The translations under genes were made by a program, and so were the position numbers. A stretch of 64,000 bases of DNA from Heteronotia binoei. Lineage: Eukaryota. Of this stretch, positions 21,849-35,464 are shown in pieces. The notes beneath the pieces were generated by a model. It did not search any database. It saw nothing but the letters and a program-made list of their open reading frames with translations, and was not told where the DNA came from. Within the stretch, counting starts at the first letter, position 1, and every line of letters begins with the position of its first letter. The stretch spans positions 37,510,001-37,574,000 of the forward strand of contig NC_083237.1 in NCBI RefSeq assembly GCF_032191835.1, written 5' to 3'.

Positions 21849-23554
21849 TCTCTAACTGCAGAAATCTTAGGAAGAATGGGATCAGTTTTACCATTACTAG
21901 ATTATTCCATTTAAAGAGGGGCACCAGGCAAGAGGCCTGCAAAATAGCCTAAAATGGATAGTCCAACTGGGAGGTACAGTCCTAATAACTTTAAGAATTA
22001 CAATTGTAGTTACAATTACAAGAATTACAAACTAACGAAAATGCCTGATGACATAAACTAAGATCAGGAAAACAACTCCTTCATTAAATAGTGGTTGCAT
22101 CCTCTTGAGGAACCCAAAGTGGTGACTCATAAATTTCTAAGATTAAATAATTCTGTAAATATATCTAAAAAGTATATGTTGCATAATGAGGAATCAGATA
22201 AGTGTAAGTAGGAAAATGACAGCTCATGTTTATGCCTCTGTTTTTAAAGATTATTAGAATTATTAATTATATACCAGAACAATGTAAAACATTTCACATA
22301 GAAGCATTTGATATGTTTTGCATATGGAAGACTGAAGTCAAGAGAAATTGAAATCCTCTTATCCGTTAGAAACAACCTAGAAAGTTTCATCATTGAAAAG
22401 AAAACCTAGCACTAAAATAGGGGTGCTGACATAAATCAAAATGCTACACTATGCTTCTCTTACTAAGGGGCAAAAAACATAATTCTAAGTGTTTATGTAC
22501 TTAGAAATAAGTACCACTGTGCTCAGTAAGGCTTATAAGATCTATACTAAGCTTCTTTAAGAGTGAAGTCTTAACTGAAGATTGCTTTGAGATTATTGTG
22601 GCTTTTAAAATTACTATTATTCTTTAGAATCAAATATACCACATCAACTGAATTTCCTTTCAGCGTAGTCTCTGTTTTGTGTAGATCATTAGAACGTCCA
22701 TACATCATTGAAATAGTTAAACAGGAGTGCTTTTAAAAATTAAAATGGGTTTATACATCTGCAACAGGCTGTCTGTACAGTGGTATATAGTAGCTGAAAA
22801 TGTGAAATAGGGTTTTAGAAAATCCTGGATTAAATCCTTAGTTAGCATCAAAGTTCACTAGGTAATCCTGAACAATTTCTCATGTCTCAGTTTAGATTAC
22901 TTTACAGGGCTGATTTATGGATAAAAATTAACTTTTCTTCCCAACAGGGCACACAGTGACTTAGAATATTTTTGTTTAGAGCACTGAATATTGTTCTTTC
23001 CCCATCCATTTTATCCTCAGAACAACAACCCTGTAAAGATACCTTAGGCTGAGTGAGCGGCTCAAGGTCACCTAGTGAGCTTCTGTGGCAGAGTGGAGGT
23101 TCAAATGCGAGTCTTCTAGATCCTAATACCACATTATACCATGCTGGCTCTCTATTGCACTTTAGGGTATGAGCAGAAAGGAATAAAGCTCCTTCTGCAT
23201 GTGTGACATGATCATGATGCAGAGCAGAAATTATGTACATGGGAATGGAGGATGACAGACATAACAATTATGACTTTGAAAGTGGTTCCCAAGCTGTGAG
23301 CTGTATCTCATGGACATCTACTCTAACATTCTCCATTTACATTTCTGAATCTCTGAGCCTTGTCATGTCACTAGTATGAGAAAACTAGAATATTTAAATT
23401 TATGTCAGAGTATTTGGATTAATTCTATTACAGAGAAGACTGGGGAACTGAGAAACAATAGCCTGAGAGGCAAAGTAACAATAATGAAAAAAATAAAGTG
23501 TGTGCGCGAGGGGGTAGGTTTGCTCAAAATACCTATAGAGTAGACCTAAATATA

Positions 23555-23630
23555 ACTCACCATTTTTCTTCATGTTGTCTTGAATCTTCTGGCGCAGATT
23601 TCTTTGTGATTCTCTGAAGTCACCCATTTT
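23555..23630 (-). promoter_or_regulatory. Predicted upstream exon and splice donor of OR-A
   Basis: ATG AAG AAA AAT G|GTGAGT (donor 23560-23555); conserved in unit B as G|GTAAGT. Confidence 0.55.
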
Positions 23631-24694
23631 ACCCTATCCTAACCATTAAGATGCTGACAGCATTGTGGAAAAAGGTATTAATTGCCAAACTCTGCACAGG
23701 AGTCTGAAAGATTTGTTCTCATGAGTAGAGCACAACAAAACTGAAGAAGTGTCCCTCTCTCCTTAGAAAGTTTACTGTTCTTCTAGTGTAACCTCTTTTT
23801 CAGATTCTCTAAAGAAATGTCATTTGCAAAGTCTGGATTGCTGTACATACATGAGAACAGATGTGCACCTGGTGTCAGATATGCCTACAATTGCCACTTT
23901 CACCTTATGCTGGTGAGGAATGTCCATAGCCTGCTTCATGGGACAATTAATAAAGTATATATTATTGTTGAAAGTATTAATTAAAAACAAGTGTATAAAG
24001 AACTTACTCTTTTTCTTTATAGATGTTTGAATTTCCAGATGTATTTTCTTCTACAGCCACTGCTCAGAAGGATGTGCTTCTCCATTCAATGGAACTTTAT
24101 GGGTGTCTCACACACTAACGGTGAGAAGTTGTTGCCATGGGATGGAAGAATATTAATATGCATAATTCTGTTTCTGGAGATTTGCTCTCAGGAGACCAAA
24201 AAAACTTTTTGGAGCAGGAATGACAAGTTTTCATTTTGGACAGTATTTATTATAAGCCATTTTTTTTCTTTTTTAAATATATTATTGTTTTATTTAAAAT
24301 TCCAACATGCTACATCATTAACATAGAAAAAAAAGTAAACAAAACTAAAAAAAAACACCCAAAAAACTAATAAGCCAATTTTCAAAATACTCTTTGCGGC
24401 TTTTACAACTCTGGGTTGGTAAATTCCTGGAGATTTGGGAAGGGGGTCAAGACTGGGGGAGGGCAAGATTTGACAAGTAGGGAACCTCAGCAGGATATAG
24501 TGTAATAGAATTCACCCACCAGAGCCTGGAGATCAATTGTAAATAAGTACATAAGAAGAACCCTGCTGGATCAGACCTTCTAGTCCAGCATTCTGTATCA
24601 CACAGTGGCCAACCAGCTCCTTCAAATGGTCAACAACAGGGCATAGAGGCCAAGACCTTCCCCTGAGGTTGCCTCCTGGCTCTGTGATTCAGCT

Positions 24695-24870
24695 TTACAA
24701 GACAGCCTTTATTGGCATATATCAGAATATAAGATAAAGGGACAGCCAGGTTACATATTAAAAGAATACAAAATCCATAAAGAATAAAATTAGAATTACA
24801 CAATAAAAACAAAGTAGCAACACAGTAAAACCTGATACATAGTACTACTTATCAGGATGAGTAACCATAG

Positions 24871-24903
<33 letters not shown>

Positions 24904-25470
24904 AAAACTTTGCTACTAATTCAGTTATTTCCAGATCAGAATTATCAAGCAAATAAAGCACCTTAAAATAATCAGAGGTCTCTAAAATTTGGGCCAATAT
25001 GGGGTATAAAAGATCCTGGCAGGACACTAAATAGAGAGGACACTGGAGAAGAACATGGGCTACAATCTCAACACAATCCATTTTACAGGGATAGCACCTA
25101 CTTGAATAGGGAGTCCCTTGGAATCTGCCAAATAAAATAGCAGATGGAAGGGCATTGAATCTGGCCAAGGAAAAGGCTCTGTGTAAATTTGGAGCTAGAA
25201 GTTGGTAGAGGTACACAGCTGGAATATTTGAATTTGGAACAATCCCTAAATTTAGGGGAGAACAGGTTCTGTTGGCAAGACTATAAAGAGTTGGTAGCTC
25301 TGAGCTCAGTAGACTAGATTTTATTTTAAGAAATGTCTCAGAAAGCAAGGATAAGAAATCTAAAGATAGATCCAAGGAACTTATTTTAGCTTCAATGTAA
25401 AATAGCCAGCTAGGGGTGTTTTTTACACTGGCAGTTTGTGACTCTCTAGCTCCGCATTGTAAACTCACCT
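24695..25470 (-). mobile_element. Non-LTR retrotransposon ORF2 C-terminus and 3' UTR (RTE-X-like)
   Basis: RAFSLARFNALPSA...CYPC...HVLLQCPLY zinc-knuckle end, followed by a gccaataaaggct tail. Confidence 0.6.
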
Positions 25471-27503
25471 TTTACATTACATAACGCTCTCAAAACTGTT
25501 TCACATGCTTGCTTCCCAAGGCATTTACATTTGTTTCAGTGAGATGGGTTTCGACGCCATCGCAAAAGCGTTTTTCTCGAGATTTGTTTTGGTCTGGTCT
25601 TTTTTCTATGGGTGTTTTAAACTTGTATTGTAAAAGCTTTACTGCGTTTTTTTCAGACTCCTCCCCTCTCCCTCAGAAATCCATGATCTGCGGTAACCAT
25701 TGCAGTACTGCAGGTGGCGTTTTGACATTTACAAGCTTGAACAAATCTGCTGCCTGTTTTATCTTTTTCTTACAAATGTCCTGTTTGTTCTAGAGTTTCC
25801 ACCACAACATTTCAGTAACTAAAGATTTGGTTCTCCAATTCTAATTACAAGAATCCTTCATTGGCATAGCAGTTGTGTTCTCTAGAATTTTGTTATGGAA
25901 AATCTTTTTTGGTGTCAGATCAGACTGTGCTGTTGTTCGGCAACAGTGATTTGAATGAGAACTGACAGCACGTGGCATTTTTACATTTTGTGACTTGCCT
26001 CATCTTCAATTTTTCAATTTGTATTGTTATTGCAGTATTGATACAATTTCCAAGCAATCATATACCTTAAATAATCACTGGTAATCTGGCTGCCGTGATC
26101 AGAGACACCCCCCCCCCCCATACACACACATATGGACACGGCAGAGAAAATTCCCTCCTTATGTTCTTCCTTTACAGCCAGTTGTGCGATTCAGTTTTTA
26201 TGCAGCATTTTGGTTTCTGGAAAATGTTTATGCTAAGAATCAGCACTAAACTTCACTGCAGAGCTTTGCAATGGAGAAGAGAACCACAAAAGTCTTCCTG
26301 AAGAGAAGGATTGGAGACTGGGGTTACACCCTTGCAATCACTCTTCTGTGTCTTCTCTCTATCTCCCTCTCTCCCCGCCCCCGCCCCCCCGGCTCCACAA
26401 TGGTGCTGAGGGCGGCAAGAATTTAACACAGCAGACATTATAGGCAGCTGTACAATGATGGAAACTGGTGGGGCGTTATGAGTTGCACAACCTCAGCCTC
26501 TGCTACATCGCAGGGTTGTTGTGAGGAGAAACCTTGCTTGGATTTAAAGAAAGGGTTGCTTCTATCTCAGTCAGTCCACCGACCACCAACCTCATTCCCT
26601 TCCCTCCTCCTCACCCTGTCCCCTTCTGTTAATTCCTCAAATCAAGCTGTCGCTTCTTGAGTCCTGGCGCTAATCCCACCCCCACCTTTCAAGATGCTCC
26701 CGAATGCAATGACTCTGCTCTGTGGAAATAGGCAGATTTACATTTGAATAAAATTGATTGCTGTAATTGATGCCCCATTGTGAAGGTGGTAGCCACAGCA
26801 GAAGCATGCAAATATTTGAAATCACCCAAGGAAAATGCCTCCTCATATACATTCTTTTTTCCATTCTGGTTTTAAGTCTTATTTTTTACCATGGTTGTTG
26901 CAGTGATGGATTTGTGGCAAGCTCAGCACTTCACCCTTTGCATGGTTTTAGCTAGCTTGAAAAATGCCATCATGATTTGCTCCCACTTTTTCTTTGCACT
27001 GTGTTTCAAAAGATATATAAAATGAATTGTTGGAGGAAATCAGATCATTCATAGTAATAACTCCAGCACTACTCACACTGCGCGTAGCAGTGCTCAACTG
27101 CACACATGGGTTATTATTTAGAAAACTAGGTGGTGGAGATAATCCGGGAATTGTTATACAGCCGCAACCATTATCCAATGCTCAAGTTGAGGAGGAAAAA
27201 AGTGACCCTTCAGAAAGATACATGAGCTGCGCTACTGTGGTCTCCTTCTGAATCCAAGGCCTGAGTACAAAGTTAGCATTGCGTGAGCGAAACCTCATCA
27301 ACTTTGGCAAAGCATCCCTTATACCAGGTTGGCAATTCTGGTATCAACATGTGAATAAGTAGTTTGTTGTATCATTCAATACTTACACATTAAGAACATA
27401 AGAGAAGCCATGTTGGGTCAGGCCAATGGCCCATCCAGTCCAACACTCTGTGTCACACAGTGGCCAAAAAAATTAAATACAAACACACACACACACACTG
27501 TGG

Positions 27504-30330
27504 CTAATAGCCACTGATGGACCTCTGCTCCATATTTTTATCTAACCCCCTCTTGAAGCTGTCTATGCTTGTAGCCGCCGCCACCTCCTGTGGCAGTGAA
27601 TTCCACATGTTAATCACCCTTTGAGTGAAAAAGTACTTCCTTTTATCCATTTTAACCCGACTGCTGAGCAATTTCACCGAATGCCCATGAGTTCTTGTAT
27701 TGTTAGAAAGGGAGAAAAGTACTTCTTTCTCTACTTTCTCCATCACATGCATTATCTTGTAAACCTCTATCATGTCACCCTACAGTCGACGTTTCTCCAA
27801 GCTAAAGAGCCCCAAGCATTTTAACCTTTCTTCATAGGGAAAGTGTTCCAAACCTTTAATCATTCTAGTGCCCTTTTCTGGACTTTTTCCAATGCTATAA
27901 TATCCTTTTTGAGGTGCGGTGACCAGAATTGCACACAGTATTCCAAATGAGACCGCACCATCGATTTATACAGGGGCGTTATGATACTGGCTGATTTGTT
28001 TTCAATTCCCTTCCTAATAATTCCCAGCATGGTGTTGGCCTTTTTTATTGCAATCGCACACTGTCTTGACATTTTCAGTGAGTTATCTACCACGAACCCA
28101 AGATCTCTCTCTTGGTCAGTCTCTGCCAGTTCACACCCCATCAACTTGTATTTGTAGCTGGGATTCTTGGCCCCAATGTGCATTACTTTGCATTTGGCCA
28201 CATTGAACCTCATCTGCCACGTTGACGCCCACTCACCCAGCCTCAACAGATCCCTTTGGAGTGCCTCACAATCCTCTCTGGTTCTCACCACCCTGAACAA
28301 TTTAGTGTCATCTGCAAACTTGGCCACTTCACTGCTTACTCTCAACTCTAAATCATTTATGAACAAGTTAAAGAGCATGGGACCCAGTACTGAGCCCTGT
28401 GGCACTCCACTGCTTACCTTCCTCCACTGCGAAGACTGTCCATTTATACTCACTCTCTGCTTCCTATTAATTAGCCAGTTTTTGATCCACAAGAGGACCT
28501 GTCCTTTTACTCCATGACTCTCGAGCTTACTAAGGAGCCTTTGATGAGGAACTTTATCAAAAGCTTTCTGGAACTCAAGGTAAACAATATCTATCGGGTC
28601 TCCTTTGTCCACATGTTTGTTCACCCCCTCAAAGAAATGCAACAGGTTAGTGAGGCAAGATCTTCCCCTACAGAACCCATGCTGAGTCTTCCTGAATAAC
28701 CCGTGTTCATCAATGTGCCTACTCATTCTGTCCTTGATAATGGTTTCTACCAAATTTCCCGGTATTGAGATCAGACTGACTGGCCTGTAATTTCCCGGAT
28801 CTCCTCTGGAACCCTTTTTAAAGATGGGGGTGGCATTTGCTACATTCCACTCTTCAGGAACGGAGGCAGATTTCAATGAAAGATTACATATTTTTGTCAA
28901 AAGATCCACAAGTTCAACTTTGAGGTCTTTCAGAACTCTTGGATGTATGGCATCCGGACCTGGTGACTTATTAGTTTTTAATTTGTCTATCAGTTGTAGG
29001 ATCTCCTCTCTTGTCACATCAATCTGACTCTGGTCTTTCAATACCCCTTCCAAAATTAGTGGTTCTGGGGCGGGCAAACACTTCTCATCTTCCACAGTGA
29101 AGACGAAAGAAAAAAATGCATTCAGCTTCTCAGCCATTTCCTTATCCTCCTTCAGTAATCCTTTTACCCCTTGGTCATCCAAGGGCCCCACTTCCTCCCT
29201 GGCTGTTTTCCTGCTTCTAATATATTTGAAGAAATTTTTATTGTTGGTCTTTATGTTTTTTGCAATATGCTCCTCATAGTCCCTTTTTGCCTCCCTGATC
29301 ACAGTCTTACATTTGATTTGCCACAGCCTGTGCTCCCTTTTATTAATCTCACTTGGACTAGCTTTCCACTGCTTAAAGAAGTCCTTCTTACCTTTCATAT
29401 CTTCCATTACTTTGTTTGTTAACCATGCAGGCCTTTTCGAATACCTGTTTGTGCCTTTCCTAACTTGTGGTATATATTTTATCTGAGCTTCTAGGATTGT
29501 AGTTTTAAATAGCCTCCAAGCTTCCCCAAGGGTTTTGACTGTATTTACCTTTCCTTTCAGTTTCCTCTTTACATGCCTCCTCATCTCAGAGAATTTTTCC
29601 CCTTTTAAAGTTAAATGTGGTTGTGCTGGTCTTTTGGGGCAACTCTCTATTTATACAAATGGTGAAATCAATAATGTTATGGTCTCTGCTCCCAATCGGT
29701 GCGATCACTTTTACATCTCTCAACAAGTCTTGGGCATTACTTAGGACCAAATCCAGGATCGCCCCACCCCTGGTAGTTTCTGAGACCATCTGCTCCATAC
29801 CACAGTCATTGAGAGCATCAAGAAAGTCAATCTCTTTCTCTTGACCAGAACACATATTGACCCAATCAATCTGTGGGTAGTTAAAATCACCTATTACAAC
29901 ACAGTTTTTATGTTTAGCCACTATCTTTAATCCTTCCATCATATTATAATCATCCTCTATCTTTTGATTTGGTGGGTGATAACAAACTCCCATAGTTAAA
30001 TTTCCTTTTTGACCTCTCTATTTCAACCCAAAGCATTTCTAGAAGGAAATCTAATTCTCTGACCTCAGTCTTACTGGACCGTATACCCTCTCTGACATAC
30101 AGAGCCACCCCACCTCCAACCCTTCCCTCCCTATCCTTCCAAAATAACTTATATCCAGGAATCACCGTGTCTCACTGATTCTCCTCATTCCACCAAGTTT
30201 CTGAAATTCCCACAATGTCTATGTTTTCTCCCAATACTAAACATTCCAACCAATTTTACTTCAAACACTTCTAGCATTTGCATACAAACATCTATAATTT
30301 CCCAAGCAAGCTAGGCCCGCAACCTTCCTC
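27504..30330 (-). pseudogene. CR1 ORF2 (endonuclease and reverse transcriptase), frameshifted
   Basis: 574-aa open RT segment 27860-29584 (SPGPDAIHP, NYRPVSL, YLEFQKAFDKV, GVPQGSVLGP, KFADDTKL). Frameshifts near 27860, 29585 and 29990. Confidence 0.92.
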
Positions 30331-30559
30331 CTGCCGCCTCAAGACTTTGGCAGACAGTCCACACTGTTTGTCACCATCTCAGTGGACAACTCTGATCCAT
30401 TACCCGGTAGAAAAGTAACAACTAACCCTTCATCTCTTTGAGATGTGTCCTCCCGAACCAGAGACATTTCATCTCCTGTCGGTTTTCCCCCAAGATTTAG
30501 TTTAAAAGCTAAATCCCCCAAGATTTAGTTTAAAAAAATCAAAAACTTTTTGATTTTAA

Positions 30560-31365
30560 GCAGCAGCAGCCTGGTTCCATCGGGGGACAAGTGGAGACCA
30601 TCTCTTTTGTACAGTTCCCGCTTGTTCCAGAAAGCATCCCAGTGCCTAACAAACTTAAACCCTTCCTCCCTACACCATCGCCTCATCTACAGATTGAGAC
30701 TTCTAATTTGTGCCTGTCTCTCCAGCCCAGCACGTGGAACAGGTAGCACTTCTGAGAAGGCTACCTTGGAGATCCTGGCCTTAAGTCTCCTGCCTAGCAG
30801 CCTTATTTTTTCCTCCAGGACCTCATGACTACATTTCCCCACATCGTTGATGCCAACACACACCACGACCACTGGCTCCTCCCCAGCACTGTCTATCAGC
30901 CTATCCACTACACATGTAATGTCCACTACCTTTGCACCAGGCAGGCAAGTCACCATATGGTCAGTACTCGGCTTTGCCACCCAGCTATCTACTTGCCTAA
31001 GGATCGAATCACCAACTACCAAGACCCCCCTCCCAGGGATGGTTCCTTGGTGTGAAAGGATACCTGCTCACCAACTGAAGAAGAGGTCCCTTCGGAGGGT
31101 GCATTCCCCTCATCTTCAGCACAGTGCCCTGTTCCCTCTCAACCCTCATGCTCCCTGGAAGCAATGGGGCTGCCACGTTCAGAGCGGGGCTTATCTAATA
31201 CTTCCTCAAGAGTCTTCTCCGAGAGCCTAACTGACTGTGTCTGCTTCTCCAGGTCAGTCACCTTGGCCTCAAGAGTACTAACTCATTCCCTGAGGACCAG
31301 GAGCTCCTTGCATTGAGAACACACCCAAGACTTCTGTCTGTGGGCAGATAGTCATACATGTGACA
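30560..31365 (-). pseudogene. CR1 ORF1 with SGNH esterase domain
   Basis: GDS, G, GxND and DGLH blocks; coiled-coil-like segment upstream; disrupted. Confidence 0.8.
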
Positions 31366-32100
31366 GTGCAAAACTCTGGAAAGCCCCCACCCCCCTGCTG
31401 GCATTCTACCTTCAGGATAGCTTTTAAAAAAATATACAGTCCCCTTTTAAATCCTGTTTGTTTATGTGACTCCCTTTCTGGAGGATCAATTTACCTTATT
31501 GGGAACTCAAGGAAATTAGGGATCTGGGTTCCTGGTCCTACAGAACAACAATCACCTTCAATCACCTTCAGCCCACTCAAACCAAACAGACAGCAGTTCC
31601 CCAGAAACCACAAACTCAGAATTTTCAGCAGTCACACAAACTCAGAAATTCTCAGCAACTTCCTCAGCTGCTCACCCTTATATCAGTTATTTTCTGCTCT
31701 ATCTCAGAGCTTCTCTGCTCTCTCTCAGAACTCTCTGAAATGTGCTCAGCCTCTGGCAAGGCGCAGCTTAACAATGCAAAGAGGGTGGGGAACACAGCCA
31801 CTCTGATCTCAGAGCTTCTCTGCTCTCTCTCAGAACTCAATACTCATTACTCAGAACTCATTACTTCCTTCCCTCCCTCCTTTTCTCCTTCAACCCTTCC
31901 CCCCCTCCATCTTGCAGCTCTCAAACATCTGACAAAAAAGGTTTATGGCTATCAAACATCTGATGTTTATGTGACTCTTATTTTAATCAAGGTTGGCCAC
32001 CCTCAATTTATAGATTTCAGAGCTACTACACAGTGAGCTCCTGTCCAAGAAGAGGCCTGCTCCCTTGGATGTTCACAAAATTCCTTATTTGAATTCTTCA

Positions 32101-32801
32101 TAGGGTTCCCAAATCCCCCGCTAGGCCTGGAGACTCCAGATTTGGAGCCTCCTCCCCCCGCTGGCCATAAAAGGGAAAGCGGGGGGAGGGGAGGGAGGAG
32201 AACGGCAGCCAGAGCTCTTCCGTTTTCTCAGGCTGCTTCCCGCCCCCAGTCAGCTGGCCGGTGAAGGGAGGGGAGCCCAGCCACGCCCCCAAAGGACCAT
32301 GTGCCTTTGCACCTCCGGAGGTGAGTGAGTTCTGTCCCCTGCATCAGATTTCCCAGAAACGGGGGGGGGGGGGTGGGGGGGTGGAGGGGGGGGTGGAGAG
32401 GGAAACGTCTTCTCATAGGGTATAATGGGGAATTGATCTGCAGGTTTCGGGGGCTCTGGGGGAGCTGTTTTTTGAGGTAGAGGCACCAAATTTTCAATAT
32501 AGTATCTAGTGCCTCTCCCCAAAGTATCCCCCAAATTTCAAAACGATTGGACCAGGGGGTCCAATTCTATGAGCCCCAAAAGAAGGTGCCCTTATCCTTC
32601 ATTATTTCCTATGGAAGGAAGACATTTAAAAAGGTGTGCTGTCCCTTTAAATGTGATGGCCAGAACTCTCTTGGAGTTCAGTTATGCTTGTCACACTCTT
32701 GTTCCTGGCTCCGCCCCAATGTCTCCTGGTCCACCCCCAAAGTCTCCTGGCTCCACCCCCAAAGTCCCCAAATATTTCTTGAATTGGACTTGGCAACCCT
32801 A
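32101..32801. mobile_element. hAT non-autonomous element
   Basis: TIR tagggttcccaa...ttggcaacccta; 8-bp target-site duplication ATTCTTCA at 32093-32100 and 32802-32809. Confidence 0.88.
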
Positions 32802-33532
32802 ATTCTTCATAGCAAACCTTCATTCCCCTTATCACCCACCCACCCACCCTTCACCTTGGGAACTGTTGTGTTCTCCTATGAGGATGTAAATTACAGAGTT
32901 GAGATGAGTCATGGAGGAAAATCTTCAAGTTCCATCCCTCAGGCTTCTCCAAAACTGGAGAACATAGGAACACAATGGAAGGCCTGTTGAACTATGCCAA
33001 TGTCCCAGCAAAATCAGCACTATGTCACACAGCTGCCAAAAGAGGCAGTACTAATTAATATAATTATTGGGGCAAGGTTGTCTGCATGGCTGGGTAATTT
33101 AATATGCTTGGTCCTGAACACTGTTCCCTCTATGATGATTTTGTGTGAGCTAGCTAACATATTTGAACCTCCTGTTCACACATTTCTGCCTTAGCTCAGG
33201 ATGGATGACCCCAAAGCGCAACAATTTGTGCAACAGCTAACAACGTTAATGCCAGGTCACAAAGTATATTTTTTTGCTAACTGGACTCTCCTGCTTAGAA
33301 GTTGAGCTCAAATACTAACTGCAACCTGATGGAAGCTATCAGGGTGACCTTTGGGCCACTTCAAATCTCTGAGCCTCCCCCCCACGCCCAATTGAAGCCC
33401 TCCAGCAGTAATCCTATCAACAGACTTAACCCATTGTCTGACCTTGATTGTTCCCAAGGAAAAGAAAGGCTTGCATTTGGTCTTGTTCTGATGCTAATGG
33501 CCCATCCAAAACAGCACTCTGTTTCAAAAAGA

Positions 33533-33628
33533 GGCAAAAAATCCTGGCGCCATATGGAAGTTCACCAGTGTGGCCAGTGTGGCAAAAAATCCTGGCGCCA
33601 TATGGAAGTTCACCAGTGTGGCCAGTGT
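33533..33628. repeat. Perfect 48-bp tandem duplication
   Basis: ggcaaaaaatcctggcgccatatggaagttcaccagtgtggccagtgt x2. Confidence 0.95.
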
Positions 33629-35464
33629 GCTAGAAGCCCTCACACTGTTGCCACAACTTAGCAACAAGAATAAAGAGCTTCACTGCTGCAGAGAGTTCCA
33701 ACAGTACCCTGTTGCTAATAGCCACTGATGGACCTCAGCTCCGCATGCCCATCCAATCCCCTCTTGAAGATCCCCATGTTCGCAACAACCACCACCTCCT
33801 GCGGTGTTGAACTCCATGTGTTAATCACCTACCAGATGACCAGATGTTGATGATGTATCATCTAAAACTAAGAATTCATGACCAGTCTTTATCTATGCAC
33901 TGTTGCCTGGCTGGTGAAGAATGATCACAGCGAAAATCAATATATAGCAGTCTGGATAGGAGATGCAAGTCAATCAGGTGATCAGCAGTAACAAGGAGTG
34001 TGGCATCACATGGATGAATGGAGATGCAGACAGATCGATGTTGCCTGGTGTAAGTGCATGGGTGCCAGATGCATGAAGCCACATTCCTTTAAAGCGTTAG
34101 GGATGGGGACCTCACTGGGATTTAATTGTCAGAGTAGAAATTCAAAGGAATACATTATCTCCAGCGGCAGCAAGCAATGTAATTTCTGTACGTTTGAAAT
34201 GTTTGATAGACAAAAGTAGGGGTCGTTTTGCAAAAAGGGGAAGCAAGATAACCAATTTTGTGTTCTGTGTCACCTCCAAGTCTGCCTGCTCTCCCCTCCA
34301 AGTCTCCTGGCACTCAATCCTCTACGCCAAGGGCAATGTTCCCTCTAAGCTACAGAGTATTGTTAGCAAACATCACACTTTGTGAGCGACTCGCATTACA
34401 GTTGTGAGCAACTGCATAAATTAGTGTGCTCTAGGGTCATCCTTCCTGAGCTAAGACAAATATGTGTGAGGTAGGTCATGCTAACTCAGTTAGTACACTG
34501 GCCAAGGGTAATCATCGTTTGTCTTTGCTGAGGAAGAATGTCCATTGAAAATATTGAATCATGTAGTGGCCGAAACTGTTAATGAGAGTCTATCAAAATG
34601 GTGAGTCCAGGCAAACTAGTTTCCATCACAGTATTCAAACACCTTTGATGGTGTTGAGCAAGCATATTTTTAACACCGCAACCTTGCAAAGCATTTCTCT
34701 CAAGGATAAACGATATATGCAGTATGGAGATAACATGAAATTCTGGTAAGTATGAATCAGCCTGAATTTGGAATCCCAAATTAACTGTGATCTCATTCAA
34801 GTGTGCACTTAACCACAGCCCTTTCTTCCAACTGCAAAATGGGGGTTTATAATATCTTCGACCTTACAGGGTTGTTGTGGGGAGTTAAACGTGACAGTGT
34901 CAGTGAACACTTTGAAAGCTCTGTGCAGATTCTAAAATTATCACTATTTAAAAGCCAAAGGAAGTGATAATTCCTTTGGTTAAATATATACTTGGAAAAT
35001 CTAATTAACCTATAATATGTTAACAGCTGTTTAAAATAAATCTTTGCAGTTGCAAGGTGTGAAACAGCAGGCTGTTCAACTGTGCAGTTGGAATTCAAAC
35101 ACAAGCATTTTGTGCCATGCCTCAGTGGTAGGGTGGCTTCTTGGCATGCAGCAAGTCCGAGGTTCACTCCCCAGTTAAAAGGATCAGAGAGAAGGTGATG
35201 TGAAAGACCTCTGCCTGAGACCCTGGATAACCACTGCCATTCTGAGGAGACAAGACTATAACTGGAGAGAGCCAGCTTGGTATAGTAGTTAAGAGCAGCA
35301 GACTCTAATCTGGAGAACCGGGTTATATTTCCCACTCCCCTTCCACATAAGGGAGAGTGTAAGCAGCTCCAAAACTTCTTTGCGTAGTGAAAGGCAGGGA
35401 ACGAAGCCAACTCTTCTTCTTCTTGATGGATTGATGGTCTGATTCAGTATAAGGCAGTTTTCTT

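Larger units (their letters stand above)
27392..31900 (-). mobile_element. Near full-length CR1 LINE (ORF1 with esterase, ORF2 EN-RT, 3' tail); 5' limit approximate
   Basis: ORF1 motifs VVGDSIL, PGAKV, VGINDV, DGLHLS; ORF2 endonuclease VIGDFNYP, LDLVLSN; RT pieces listed separately; (cataagaa) tail. Confidence 0.92.

Noticed and set aside
23400-23627. 75-aa minus-strand ORF as an independent gene
   Set aside because: Reads through the predicted splice donor; only the exon part is conserved in unit B.
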